Assembly: GCA_041166025.1 (NCBI GenBank)
Contig: JBEAMJ010000040.1
Span: 2,421-66,420, forward strand
From: Pseudomonadota bacterium
Lineage (GTDB): Bacteria; Pseudomonadota; Alphaproteobacteria; Caulobacterales; Hyphomonadaceae
Length of the DNA: 64,000 bases
Direction of reading: 5' to 3'
Below the pieces are notes generated by a model. That model ran no database searches. It worked only from the letters and a program-made list of their open reading frames with translations, and was not told the origin of the DNA. Below are positions 1 through 8,980 of the stretch, in pieces. A program made the translations under genes and the position numbers. Position 1 is the stretch's first letter. Each line of letters opens with the position of its first letter.

Positions 1-74
1 TGATCGAGCGGCCCGGCCGACGCCTGATCACGGCGCTGGCGACGCGCATTGGTGCGCCCGCCCGTAGCTGATCG

Positions 75-266
75 TCACGTGCAATCGTAGACGTCATCGC
101 TCACCGTGCAACGCCGGCAGTTCAGCGCCAGGCGCTTGTCGTCTGAGGAGATGCTGCCGTCATCGGCCACTGAGCGCGTGTGCTCGCGATACTCGGTGAC
201 GTCCCCCGGCTCGTACTCGATGAAGTTGACATACCACTGCTTGCGTCGGTCATGGAGGCGCAGCAT
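75..266 (-). CDS. small hypothetical protein (63 aa)
   Basis: ATG-to-TGA ORF starting 15 nt downstream of the stop of 282..629 on the same strand. Third codon positions are strongly G/C-enriched, like neighbouring real genes. No family recognised. Confidence 0.35.
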   Translation of the reverse strand: MLRLHDRRKQWYVNFIEYEPGDVTEYREHTRSVADDGSISSDDKRLALNCRRCTVSDDVYDCT

Positions 267-281
267 GCCGCGATTGGAAAT

Positions 282-629
282 TTAGGCGTCGAGCGGCACC
301 CATTCGGTGACGATGTTTTCAGGATAGCCCGTGTCGTTCTGCTGTTCGAGCGTGTCGCCATTCATGCGGAAGGTGGACTTGAACCCGCGCAGCGTCGGAT
401 AGCACCAGGAATCCAGCATCCACGCGATCTGCTCGGGCTTGGCTGGCCGCCACGTCTCGCCTTCATAGCTCGCCGCAAGCTCGACCGTGCCGATGTCTTC
501 GATACCCGCCATCGCGCCCTTGAACGCCGCCTCGATCTCGGTGCGAAAGGCCAGCGCGCCGGATATCGTCGCCAGAATCCCGGCCACGGCCCAGACACGG
601 CCGCCGAACGATTTCTTTGTCTGGCTCAT
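282..629 (-). CDS. hypothetical protein with one N-terminal hydrophobic helix (115 aa)
   Basis: Internal ATG (MSQTKKSFGGRVWAVAGILATISGALAF...) of track ORF 282..812. The 61-codon upstream extension starts at GTG and is Arg/Cys-rich junk-like sequence. Confidence 0.5.
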   Translation of the reverse strand: MSQTKKSFGGRVWAVAGILATISGALAFRTEIEAAFKGAMAGIEDIGTVELAASYEGETWRPAKPEQIAWMLDSWCYPTLRGFKSTFRMNGDTLEQQNDTGYPENIVTEWVPLDA

Positions 630-711
630 GCGTTGCCCCGCCTCCCACCAGAGACGATAGCACGCTCGCCGCAAGCGACAAGAATTGGAGCCGCGCGTCC
701 AGCCGATCCGG

Positions 712-1329
712 TCACGCTGGGCGCGCCGCGCCCCAGACATTGTATCCGGCAAAGCGCGGCGTCCCCGGCAGGTACATCCGCTCCGCCCCTTGGATGCGCC
801 AGCCTGCAGCACCGATCATCGCTTCGACATCGCGGGTGAGATGGCACCCCCCGGCCAGAGGCCGCCATACCGGCTCGAGCCGCCTCTGCCATTTTGTCAC
901 GTCGGCATCCGGCGCCACGCCGTGCTCGCAGAACAGCAGCTGCCCCTCCGGCTTCAGCGCGCGTTTCAACGCCGCCAGCGCACCGACTGCATCCGGGATC
1001 GTGCAGAGCGTGTAAGTCGTCACGATCGTGTCGATCGACCCGGGCGCAAGGCCTGCGTCTTCCGCTCCCCGCTGCAGCCAGTCCAGGGCAAGCCCCTCCG
1101 GCTGTCGCGCCCTTCCACGCTTCACCATGGCTGCGTCCGGCTCCAGCGCGATCACGCGTTCCACTTTTTCGCGGTCATACAGCGCGAAGTTTCGGCCGCC
1201 GCCGGCACCGATCTCGAGCACGACGCCCGTTGCACGCGGGATGATTTTGCGCCGCTGATAGGCGATCGGCTTCGTCCCGCAGGCGCAGTCGACCAGCCTT
1301 GGCGCGATGTAGCGTGAATAGAGACCCAT
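712..1329 (-). CDS. class I SAM-dependent methyltransferase
   Basis: 205 aa with SAM-binding motif I VLEIGAGGGRN, followed by a LKPEGQLLF-type motif. Rossmann-fold methyltransferase layout. Confidence 0.85.
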   Translation of the reverse strand: MGLYSRYIAPRLVDCACGTKPIAYQRRKIIPRATGVVLEIGAGGGRNFALYDREKVERVIALEPDAAMVKRGRARQPEGLALDWLQRGAEDAGLAPGSIDTIVTTYTLCTIPDAVGALAALKRALKPEGQLLFCEHGVAPDADVTKWQRRLEPVWRPLAGGCHLTRDVEAMIGAAGWRIQGAERMYLPGTPRFAGYNVWGAARPA

Positions 1330-1332
1330 CTG

Positions 1333-1833
1333 TCAGCCCCTCGCCCGTGCATAGACGATCATGTCGAGGGATGGCGGCTCCTGCTCCGTGATCAGTGAGA
1401 GAGCGGTATGCGCCTGGCCGCGATGATGCGTCTGATGATTGAAGAAATGCAGCAGGTCAGGCCACAGCTTTGACGTCACCTGCTCCGGCGTTGTCATCTT
1501 TCGGTAGGTGAAGATCTCGTCGAGCTTCGCTGCGTCCAGGCTGTCGACATAGTCGGCGATGCGCTGGTCCTCGGCCTGCCGTGCAGCCCACAAGGTCCGC
1601 AGATCATGATGCAGGATCGCGTTGAGCTTGTCGGGATGTTCACCGGCTCCCGTGAACCGCTTCATCCACACGCGATCGGTGACCAGGAGGTGATTGAGCG
1701 TTCCTCCGAGGCTGCCGAAGAACAGGCCCAGTTGGCGCCATTGCTGCGCGTCATCAAGCGCGAGGGCGGCCTCGTAGATCCGCGTATTGGCCCAAAGATT
1801 GTAGCCGGCAAGGTGCTTGAATTGCTCCAGCAT
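1333..1833 (-). CDS. DinB family protein
   Basis: 166 aa with N-terminal YNLWAN and C-terminal HxxHHRGQ (HFFNHQTHHRGQ), characteristic of the DinB/YfiT four-helix-bundle metalloenzyme family. Confidence 0.8.
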   Translation of the reverse strand: MLEQFKHLAGYNLWANTRIYEAALALDDAQQWRQLGLFFGSLGGTLNHLLVTDRVWMKRFTGAGEHPDKLNAILHHDLRTLWAARQAEDQRIADYVDSLDAAKLDEIFTYRKMTTPEQVTSKLWPDLLHFFNHQTHHRGQAHTALSLITEQEPPSLDMIVYARARG

Positions 1834-1839
1834 CGGTTG

Positions 1840-2229
1840 TCACCTTCCCGATGGTCCCATCGTCGCGACAACGTACGTCACGAACAGGCCGACCATGATG
1901 CTGTCCACCACCAGCGCCACCCAGGCCTGACGCTTCATCACGCCCGAGCCCAGCATCAGCGCTATGAAGGCGGTCTTCGTCACGATCGCAAGCGCGATGG
2001 CTGCGAGCCGTACGCCGGGTTCGAACGACGCCCAGATCAGCAGCGCACCAGCGGCGGCGATCAGCATGCCCCAGTTGCGCACGACGAGATCGAACTGAGG
2101 GCTGTCCGGCGCCTCGCCAAAATAGGTCCGCACCGTCGCGCGCGGCGCGATCGTCGCCTGGATCATGCTGAAGGTCAGCAACCCCGCGACCAGCAGCACC
2201 CACTGGATGTTGTCGACAAGAATTGTCAT
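1840..2229 (-). CDS. hypothetical integral membrane protein (about 4 TM)
   Basis: 129 aa made almost entirely of four hydrophobic segments. Stop lies 6 nt upstream of the DinB gene start, so likely same operon. Confidence 0.6.
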   Translation of the reverse strand: MTILVDNIQWVLLVAGLLTFSMIQATIAPRATVRTYFGEAPDSPQFDLVVRNWGMLIAAAGALLIWASFEPGVRLAAIALAIVTKTAFIALMLGSGVMKRQAWVALVVDSIMVGLFVTYVVATMGPSGR

Positions 2230-2310
2230 GGTTTCCTCCCCAGCGTCGGGGAAGCCTACACGTACACCCCAGGTCCGCCCATCCCTGTCGCGCTCAAGTT
2301 GACGGCTGGT

Positions 2311-2712
2311 CTACCTACGCAGCGGCAACAGCGCCCGTACACGACCATCGCGCAGCCAGAGCCCAAGCCACACCAGAACGCCGAGATACACGCCGAAAAG
2401 CTCATGGCTGAACAGCGGATTGTCGATACGCACCTGCGTCGCAACCGCTCCGCCAAGCAGCGCGGTTTCCAACACCGCCCCAAGCATTGCCGTCCGCGGG
2501 ATCAGGTAAAGCACCACGCACACTGACTCGACGATTCCGATCAGCAGCAGGTGATGGTCAGGCCACCCCAGCGTCCGCATCGTCTTCAGCGCCATGTCGG
2601 GGGTGAAGAACTTGAAGCTCGCCGACATAGCGAGAAACGCCCCCACCAGCCCCGTCACGATCCAGCCCGCAATCACCATCCTGCTGCGCGGCATCTTGGT
2701 GTCTTCCCTCAT
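2311..2712 (-). CDS. DoxX-like family membrane protein
   Basis: 133 aa, 4 TM. Pattern FFTPDMALKTMRTLGWPDHHLLLIGIVESVCVVLYLIPRT...GGAVATQVRI resembles DoxX_2-type small membrane proteins. Start could also be M7 or M12. Confidence 0.6.
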   Translation of the reverse strand: MREDTKMPRSRMVIAGWIVTGLVGAFLAMSASFKFFTPDMALKTMRTLGWPDHHLLLIGIVESVCVVLYLIPRTAMLGAVLETALLGGAVATQVRIDNPLFSHELFGVYLGVLVWLGLWLRDGRVRALLPLRR

Positions 2713-2808
2713 GCCTGCCTCCCATGTGTGTCCTAGGACGAACGCAGTCGATCCAATCCGACAGGGCAGGCCTCAAAAATTCAGGAAGTTAGCTGCTGGT
2801 GCGTCGGC

Positions 2809-3420
2809 TCAAGGACGCGTCGACTGGAAAGCCGGGAGCGAGTTCGCCTGCTGTGACAATGTGGCGAGGCGCGGATATCGGCTGCCGACCAGTTCTGGAA
2901 ACAGCTTCGCCGCAAAGTCATAGCCTGCCACGTACGACGCGACGACCCCGGCGGGCGGGCCGGCTGCGCCCGTGAACATGGTCTTTGGCGTGTGCGTGTC
3001 GGCTATCTCGAGCGCCTTGGCCAGCTGCATTTCGATGCGGTTGATCTCGTCTGCCCAGTGAAGGTCTGCCGGGCGACGCACCCGCTCGCCGGACAGCGCC
3101 ACTGCCTTCTCGGCGATGGTGTTGGCAAGCGCGACGCCCTGCAGGTGTCTGATGCGGTCTGCTCCCGTCGTAGGCAGCAGGCGGCTGCCTTCCGACGCGG
3201 TTTGTTCGAGCCAGTCGATGATCGCCCACGTCTCGATGAGCACTGTTCCGTCATCGAGCTTCAGCGCTGGAACGCGCATCATTGGGTTGATCTCTGCGAG
3301 CGCCTCCGAACCGGGCCCGCGTGGGGGAACGGGCGCATGCTCGAAAGCGCGACCCTGGAGGTTCATCCACACCGCAACGCGTCGAACGAATGGCGAGAGA
3401 AAGCGGCCATACAGGATCAT
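2809..3420 (-). CDS. glutathione S-transferase
   Basis: 203 aa. N-terminal thioredoxin-like domain (ILYGRFLSPFVRRV, RVPALKLDDGTVLIETWAIIDWL) followed by a helical C-terminal domain. Confidence 0.8.
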   Translation of the reverse strand: MILYGRFLSPFVRRVAVWMNLQGRAFEHAPVPPRGPGSEALAEINPMMRVPALKLDDGTVLIETWAIIDWLEQTASEGSRLLPTTGADRIRHLQGVALANTIAEKAVALSGERVRRPADLHWADEINRIEMQLAKALEIADTHTPKTMFTGAAGPPAGVVASYVAGYDFAAKLFPELVGSRYPRLATLSQQANSLPAFQSTRP

Positions 3421-3438
3421 GCGACCCTCCTGATGCGG

Positions 3439-4854
3439 TCAGAGCGACTTGACGATTTCCTCGCTCATCTTCTTGGCGTCGCCGAGAAGCATCATCGTGT
3501 TCTCGTTGAAGAACAGTGGGTTCTCCACGCCAGCATAGCCGGAGGCGAGCGAACGCTTGATGAAGAACACGGTCTTGGCGTTCCACACTTTCAGAACCGG
3601 CATGCCGTAGATTGGGCTCGCCGTATTGGTTTCGGCGTCCGGGTTCGTCACGTCGTTGGCGCCGATGACGAAGGCGACGTCCGCCTGGGCGAAGGAGGAG
3701 TTGATGTCCTCCAGTTCGTGCACCTCGTCGTAGGGCACCTGCGCTTCGGCCAGCAGAACGTTCATGTGCCCGGGCATTCGCCCGGCGACGGGGTGAATAG
3801 CGTAGGTGATCTCGACGCCTTCTGCCTTCAGTTTCTCGGCCATCTCCTTCAGCGCGTGCTGAGCTTGCGCCACCGCCATGCCATAGCCGGGGACAATGAT
3901 GACCTTGGATGCGTTCTTCATGATGAAGGCCGCGTCGTCCGCCGAACCGATCTTCACCGGCTTGGCTGGTCCGCCGCCGGCCGCGGCTGCCGCCGTCTCG
4001 CCGCCGAAGCCGCCGAGGATGACGGAGATGAAGCTGCGGTTCATCGCCTTGCACATGATGTAGGAGAGGATCGCGCCTGACGATCCCACCAGCGAGCCGG
4101 TGATGATCAGCGCGTTGTTCTCCAGCGTGAAGCCCAGCGCCGCCGCCGCCCAGCCGGAATAGGAGTTCAGCATCGAGACAACGACCGGCATGTCCGCCCC
4201 GCCGATCGGGATGATTAGCGTCACCCCAAGGATCAGAGCGATCAGCGTCAGAGCCAGGAACATCCAGGGTTGGGATCCCTGCGTCTGCACCATCATCACC
4301 ACCAGCACGATGATCGCGACTCCGAAGGCGATATTGATCGTATGCCGAGCGGGCAGGATGATCGGGGCGCCGGACATGTTGCCGTTGAGCTTGAGGAAGG
4401 CGATCACCGATCCCGTGAAGGTCAGGGCGCCGATGGCGGATCCCACGGAAAGTTCGATCAGCGAAATCGTGTTGATCGCGCCGGGAACGCCGATGCCATA
4501 GCTTTCCGGCGCGTAGAGCGCGGCCGCCGCGACGAGAACGGCGGCAAGCCCCACCAGCGAGTGGAAGAAAGCCACCAGCTGTGGCATCGCCGTCATCTTG
4601 ATGCGCTGGGCGACAATGCCGCCCGCAACGCCGCCTACTGCAATACCGCCCGCAATGATCAGGAGCGTTGCGGCATCCAGCCCGCCCGCACTATCCCACA
4701 GCATCCAGAGCGTCGTTCCCACAGCCAACACCATCCCGATGATGCCGTTGTTCGCGCCGGCGCGACTGGTCTCGGGGCTCGAAAGCCCACGGAGCGAAAG
4801 GATGAAGAGAACGCCTGAGGCTAGATAGAGCAGGGCAGCGATGTTGGCGTTCAT
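3439..4854 (-). CDS. pntB: NAD(P) transhydrogenase subunit beta
   Basis: 471 aa. Multi-TM N-terminal half plus C-terminal NADP(H)-binding domain (VPGYGMAVAQAQH, IGANDVTNP). Start overlaps the upstream stop (ATGA). Confidence 0.95.
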   Translation of the reverse strand: MNANIAALLYLASGVLFILSLRGLSSPETSRAGANNGIIGMVLAVGTTLWMLWDSAGGLDAATLLIIAGGIAVGGVAGGIVAQRIKMTAMPQLVAFFHSLVGLAAVLVAAAALYAPESYGIGVPGAINTISLIELSVGSAIGALTFTGSVIAFLKLNGNMSGAPIILPARHTINIAFGVAIIVLVVMMVQTQGSQPWMFLALTLIALILGVTLIIPIGGADMPVVVSMLNSYSGWAAAALGFTLENNALIITGSLVGSSGAILSYIMCKAMNRSFISVILGGFGGETAAAAAGGGPAKPVKIGSADDAAFIMKNASKVIIVPGYGMAVAQAQHALKEMAEKLKAEGVEITYAIHPVAGRMPGHMNVLLAEAQVPYDEVHELEDINSSFAQADVAFVIGANDVTNPDAETNTASPIYGMPVLKVWNAKTVFFIKRSLASGYAGVENPLFFNENTMMLLGDAKKMSEEIVKSL

Positions 4855-5807
4855 GTTCGGTCCGGCCTCGTTGTGGTCTGGCTACCCAGCCCGAAAGATG
4901 CCAGGGCGGCGCGTGCGATCGGCTCGCCCCACTCCTGGAGAAAGTGTCCGCCCTCGGCGATCAGCATCGGCTCCGGGCAGTTGCGGATCATGGCGTGCAG
5001 AGCGCGCATCACCGGCTCGCCGAGCACAGGGTCGGCCTGGCCGATCGCCATGAAGCTGTGTCCGGTCCAGCGTTCCCGGAAAAACTCTGCCGATGCGAGG
5101 CCGTGGTCGACGCCCTCCATTGCGGGGTCGACCGGGACCAGCTGAGGAAAGCGACGCACGCCGGCCTTGAACGTGCCGTCTGGAAATGGAGCGTTGTAGG
5201 CGTCCTTCTCAGCGTCGTTCAGCACCGGCGTCCCGCGCTTCATCAGCGCGCCGACATCCATGTCGGGATTGGCGGCAGCATAGTCTTTCCACGCGTTGAA
5301 GCCTCGCCCTGGAGAGGCGCCCGTGCCGATCCCTGTGTTCATAATCAGGAGCCGCGTGATTTCAGCGCGATCCTTTGGCAGAGTCAGGCCCAACAGGCCG
5401 CCCCAGTCCTGGACGACGATGCACACATTCTTCAGCATCATCCGGTCGAGGAAGGCCAGTATCGTGCCGCGATGGAAGTTGAACGTGTAGACCTCGTCCT
5501 TCACGGGCTTGTCCGATCGGCCGAAGCCGAACCAGTCCGGCGCCACGACGCGATGGCCAGCGCCGACGAACACAGGCAGCATCTTGCGGTAGAGATAGCT
5601 CCAACTCGGCTCGCCATGCAGGCAGAGGAACGTCACAGTCGCATCGCGCGGCCCCTCATCGACGTAGTGCAGGCGAAGCCCCTCATAGCCCTTGAGGTCG
5701 TCGAAATAGCGCGGCGGATAAGACCAGCCTGGCAGACTGGCGAATCGTTCGTCCGGCGTGCGGACGATCGAGCCAAACCGCGGATGATCGAAAGCGGCTG
5801 CCATCAC
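4851..5807 (-). CDS. haloalkane dehalogenase, HLD-I (DhlA-like) alpha/beta hydrolase
   Basis: 318 aa, collinear with my recollection of Xanthobacter DhlA: FLCLHGEPSWSYLYRKM, VVQDWGG, FNAWKDY, MAIGQADPVLG, EGGHFLQEWGE. All five pentad positions are present. Confidence 0.85.
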   Translation of the reverse strand: MMAAAFDHPRFGSIVRTPDERFASLPGWSYPPRYFDDLKGYEGLRLHYVDEGPRDATVTFLCLHGEPSWSYLYRKMLPVFVGAGHRVVAPDWFGFGRSDKPVKDEVYTFNFHRGTILAFLDRMMLKNVCIVVQDWGGLLGLTLPKDRAEITRLLIMNTGIGTGASPGRGFNAWKDYAAANPDMDVGALMKRGTPVLNDAEKDAYNAPFPDGTFKAGVRRFPQLVPVDPAMEGVDHGLASAEFFRERWTGHSFMAIGQADPVLGEPVMRALHAMIRNCPEPMLIAEGGHFLQEWGEPIARAALASFGLGSQTTTRPDRT

Positions 5808-5810
5808 GCT

Positions 5811-6221
5811 CTACTTCCCCGCCGGTTTTGCGGCCGGTTTCTCTTTCTTCTTGTACATCGCAAGCATGCGCTTGGTTACGAGGAAGCCGCCGAAGATGTT
5901 CACGGCCGCTAGCGCCACGGCGACGCCGCCCATGCCCTTCGATAGCCAGAGGTCTCCGGTCATCTCCTGGCCCGAGCCCGCAGCCGCGGCGATCAGCGCG
6001 CCGACGATGATCACCGAAGAGATCGCGTTGGTGACGGCCATGAGTGGCGTGTGCAGCGCCGGCGTGACCGACCAGACGACATAGTAGCCAACAAAAATCG
6101 ACAGCACGAAGATCGCGAGGCGGAAGATCAGGCCGTCGGATTGCTCTGCTCCAGTCGCCGCGAGCGCGGGCGAGGCAAGAGCGCATGCAAGAACCCCTAG
6201 GACGGCAAGACACTTTATCAT
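5811..6221 (-). CDS. pntAB: NAD(P) transhydrogenase subunit alpha part 2
   Basis: Internal ATG of track ORF 5811..6461. Core FRLAIFVLSIFVGYYVVWSVTPALHTPLMAVTNAISSVIIVGAL is the conserved PntAB membrane domain. Confidence 0.9.
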   Translation of the reverse strand: MIKCLAVLGVLACALASPALAATGAEQSDGLIFRLAIFVLSIFVGYYVVWSVTPALHTPLMAVTNAISSVIIVGALIAAAAGSGQEMTGDLWLSKGMGGVAVALAAVNIFGGFLVTKRMLAMYKKKEKPAAKPAGK

Positions 6222-6418
6222 GTGGGCGATCCTTGTTCGGGCTTCGCTGGCTTGCGTTTGAAAGTATACCGTATGCCGACGGATATCATCGCAACAGCCA
6301 TTGCCGCCACGACAAAACTCGGCAGGGGCGCCGGACCGGGCTGCATTGTCATCTGTACGAAATACCAGCCGAGCATCAGGCCGGTGATCGTCAGGATCAG
6401 GCCGATCGCCTTGGACAT
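6218..6418 (-). CDS. small 2-TM membrane protein inside the pnt operon (66 aa)
   Basis: Starts 5 nt after the pntAA stop, and its stop overlaps the pntAB start (ATGA). Two hydrophobic helices and a basic C-terminal tail. Codon bias is good in the first two thirds. Confidence 0.55.
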   Translation of the reverse strand: MSKAIGLILTITGLMLGWYFVQMTMQPGPAPLPSFVVAAMAVAMISVGIRYTFKRKPAKPEQGSPT

Positions 6419-6423
6419 GCCTG

Positions 6424-7551
6424 CTATCCGTCCTTAAGCGCGGGATGCACCACCTGCCCATCGCGCGTGAGGACCGATGCCTTCACGATCTCATCGTCCC
6501 ACTTCGGCGCGAACGCGGCATTCTCACCGGTGAGCAGCGGCAGCAGCGCCAGCAGGTTCTTGGCGTAGAGCGCGGAGGCGTCCGCCGCGATCCGTCCGGG
6601 CAGGTTGGTGAAGCCAGCGACTTTGACGCCGTTAACGACCACAACTTCATCCGGCTTCGACAAGGGGCAGTTGCCGCCCTGGCTCACGGCAAGGTCGACG
6701 ATCACCGAGCCTGGCCGCATCGTCCGCACCATGGCCTCCGTCACCAGCACGGGCGCGGGCCGGCCGGGGATCAGGGCGGTCGTCACGACAATGTCCTGCT
6801 TGGCGATGTGCGTCGCCACCAGTTCAGCCTGCAGCTTCTGGTATTCCGGCGACATCGCTTTCGCGTATCCCGCCGCCGTCTCCGCCGCCTTAAACTCCTC
6901 GTTCTCGACCGCGATGAACTTCGCGCCCAGCGAGGCGACCTGTTCTTTCGCTGCCGGACGGACGTCGGTCGCGGAGACAACGCCTCCCAAGCGCCGGGCC
7001 GTCGCGATCGCCTGCAGACCGGCAACACCGGCGCCCATAACGAAGACCTTTGCCGCCGCTACGGTGCCGGCGGCCGTCATCATCATCGGGAGCGCCCGGC
7101 CATAGAGCTGCGAGCCTTCGATAACGGCCCGATAGCCGGCGAGATTGGCCTGAGAGGACAGCACGTCCATGGACTGTGCGCGCGTGATACGGGGTACGAA
7201 CTCCATGGCGATCGCCGTGACCCCGGCCGCGGCATAGGCGACCGCTTCCGATTTCCCCGCATAAGGCTCCAACAGGCCCGCCAGCGCGACGCCCTTCGGA
7301 TAGGTCGCCAGTTCGGACGCATCCGGCGCGCGGACCTTGAGGACGATGTCAGCGCCCTTGAGAACGTCCGCGGCCGAATCGACAGTGGCGCCCGCTGCCG
7401 CATAATCCTCGTCTCGGATTCCTGCCGCTAGCCCGGCACAAGACTCCACAGCTACGGCATGTTTCAGGCCGATCAGCTTCTTGACTGTCTCCGGCGTCGC
7501 TGCGACGCGGGTTTCGTTGAACCGCTGTTCCTTCAGGACCGCGATCTTCAT
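6424..7551 (-). CDS. pntAA: NAD(P) transhydrogenase subunit alpha part 1
   Basis: 375 aa. Alanine-dehydrogenase/PNT fold with dinucleotide motif VFVMGAGVAGLQA, located directly upstream of pntAB and pntB. Confidence 0.95.
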   Translation of the reverse strand: MKIAVLKEQRFNETRVAATPETVKKLIGLKHAVAVESCAGLAAGIRDEDYAAAGATVDSAADVLKGADIVLKVRAPDASELATYPKGVALAGLLEPYAGKSEAVAYAAAGVTAIAMEFVPRITRAQSMDVLSSQANLAGYRAVIEGSQLYGRALPMMMTAAGTVAAAKVFVMGAGVAGLQAIATARRLGGVVSATDVRPAAKEQVASLGAKFIAVENEEFKAAETAAGYAKAMSPEYQKLQAELVATHIAKQDIVVTTALIPGRPAPVLVTEAMVRTMRPGSVIVDLAVSQGGNCPLSKPDEVVVVNGVKVAGFTNLPGRIAADASALYAKNLLALLPLLTGENAAFAPKWDDEIVKASVLTRDGQVVHPALKDG

Positions 7552-7576
7552 TCGTCCCCCTGTGGGTCGCCGGGAA

Positions 7577-7918
7577 TCAGCCCAGCAGCAGGCCGCCCAG
7601 CCAGATCAGAACTTGGACAAAAACGGCGAGCACGCAGAGCCCGATGACGGTGGCGATCCATGCCCCGCCCATCCGCATCAGCATGCCGGCGATTATTCCA
7701 AAAGCCGCAAAACCGATCAGCGCGCCGATCCAAGGCACGCCCATTGTCAGCGTGAAGGTTGCATAGCCGACCACAATGAGCACCAGCAGGCTGCCCCAGG
7801 CCGTCAGCGTGCCGAAGCCCCTCCACATGCCGCGCCGAGCAGCCATGTCCATATAGGCGTCGGTGTGGGCCGGCGGCGTCACAATCGGCGCCTGGTTGGC
7901 AGGTTCGGCGTGCGCCAT
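7577..7918 (-). CDS. membrane protein with aa3-type cytochrome oxidase subunit IV-like (COX4_pro_2-like) N-terminal segment
   Basis: Internal ATG (MAHAEPANQ...). MDMAARRGMWRGFGTLTAWGSLLVLIVVGYA aligns by eye with Paracoccus subunit IV ([32 protein letters not shown]). Two further TM helices follow. Ends 25 nt upstream of pntAA. Confidence 0.55.
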   Translation of the reverse strand: MAHAEPANQAPIVTPPAHTDAYMDMAARRGMWRGFGTLTAWGSLLVLIVVGYATFTLTMGVPWIGALIGFAAFGIIAGMLMRMGGAWIATVIGLCVLAVFVQVLIWLGGLLLG

Positions 7919-8140
7919 CGAGGGTCCTCTCCCAGTGGTTTGGAGATTGGCTCCAACATCTTGAGAACCCGCATGTAGCGGCAACGCGCTCGCGTGAAAA
8001 GCGCATAAAGGGCCGCAGCATCCGAAAAACGGCAAAAGAAGTAAGGTTATGGGTACGTGGAGGCGTCCCTACGATATCACACCGGGATATGATTTTTTTG
8101 GGATTACGGTAGTTTTGCGAAATCCGCATACACCTTTCCC

Positions 8141-8968
8141 ATGCAGCAAGACTTGAATGGCAGCGGTCCAGCTGCATCGACACCTCGTTTTCGGCGTGAT
8201 TGCCCGTCCTGCGCGGCGCAGGCTGAGGAGCCGGTGGAGCGCTACAGCCGCGACAGCTGGACGATGGTCCGCTGCACCAGGTGCCGGCAGGTCTATCTCA
8301 ACGAAGCCCCACATTACGAAACCCTGTCGAAGGACCTTGCCTGGACGCATCAGTTCGCGCGCGAGGCCGTTCGCCGGAAGACCAAGGCGCCTTTCATCCA
8401 GTGGCTCCTCCAAAAGACCCGCTGGCGCCTCCACATCAGGCGTGAAGATGAGTGGGCCTACATCGCTGAGCGTGTGAAGGCCGGAAATGTGCTGGATGTC
8501 GGGTGCGGCCCTATCAACCGCATCCCAGAGCAGTTCACCCCCTTCGGCATCGAGATCGAGGAGGCGACCGCCATCGTCGCCAACGAAAAGATGCGCGCAC
8601 GCGGCGGCTGGGCTGTTCACGCGCCTGCCCTCGAGGGGCTGCGCAAGTTCGACGATGGTTATTTCAACGGCGTCATCATGCGTTCCTTTCTCGAGCACGA
8701 ATCCCATCCTCGCGAGGTGCTGGAAACCTGCTTCCGGAAACTGACACCTGGCGGCACGATCTATGTGAAGGTTCCCAACTACGGCACGCTCAACCGCGTT
8801 CTCCGTGGTCCCGAATGGTGCGGGTTTCGCTATCCCGACCATCTCAACCTGTTTACGATCCCCAGCATGCGTCGACTGGCTGAGAGTGTCGGCTACAGGT
8901 TCGACCTCAAGAACCGGATCACGCAGTTCAGCAACGACAATCTGCATTGCTTCCTGACGCGCCCTTAG
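8141..8968 (+). CDS. class I SAM-dependent methyltransferase with N-terminal zinc-ribbon
   Basis: 275 aa. CPSC...CTRC four-Cys ribbon, then motif I VLDVGCGP and post-I/II motifs (LTPGGTIYV). Confidence 0.8.
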   Translation: MQQDLNGSGPAASTPRFRRDCPSCAAQAEEPVERYSRDSWTMVRCTRCRQVYLNEAPHYETLSKDLAWTHQFAREAVRRKTKAPFIQWLLQKTRWRLHIRREDEWAYIAERVKAGNVLDVGCGPINRIPEQFTPFGIEIEEATAIVANEKMRARGGWAVHAPALEGLRKFDDGYFNGVIMRSFLEHESHPREVLETCFRKLTPGGTIYVKVPNYGTLNRVLRGPEWCGFRYPDHLNLFTIPSMRRLAESVGYRFDLKNRITQFSNDNLHCFLTRP

Positions 8969-8980
8969 GCGCCCGGGTCG

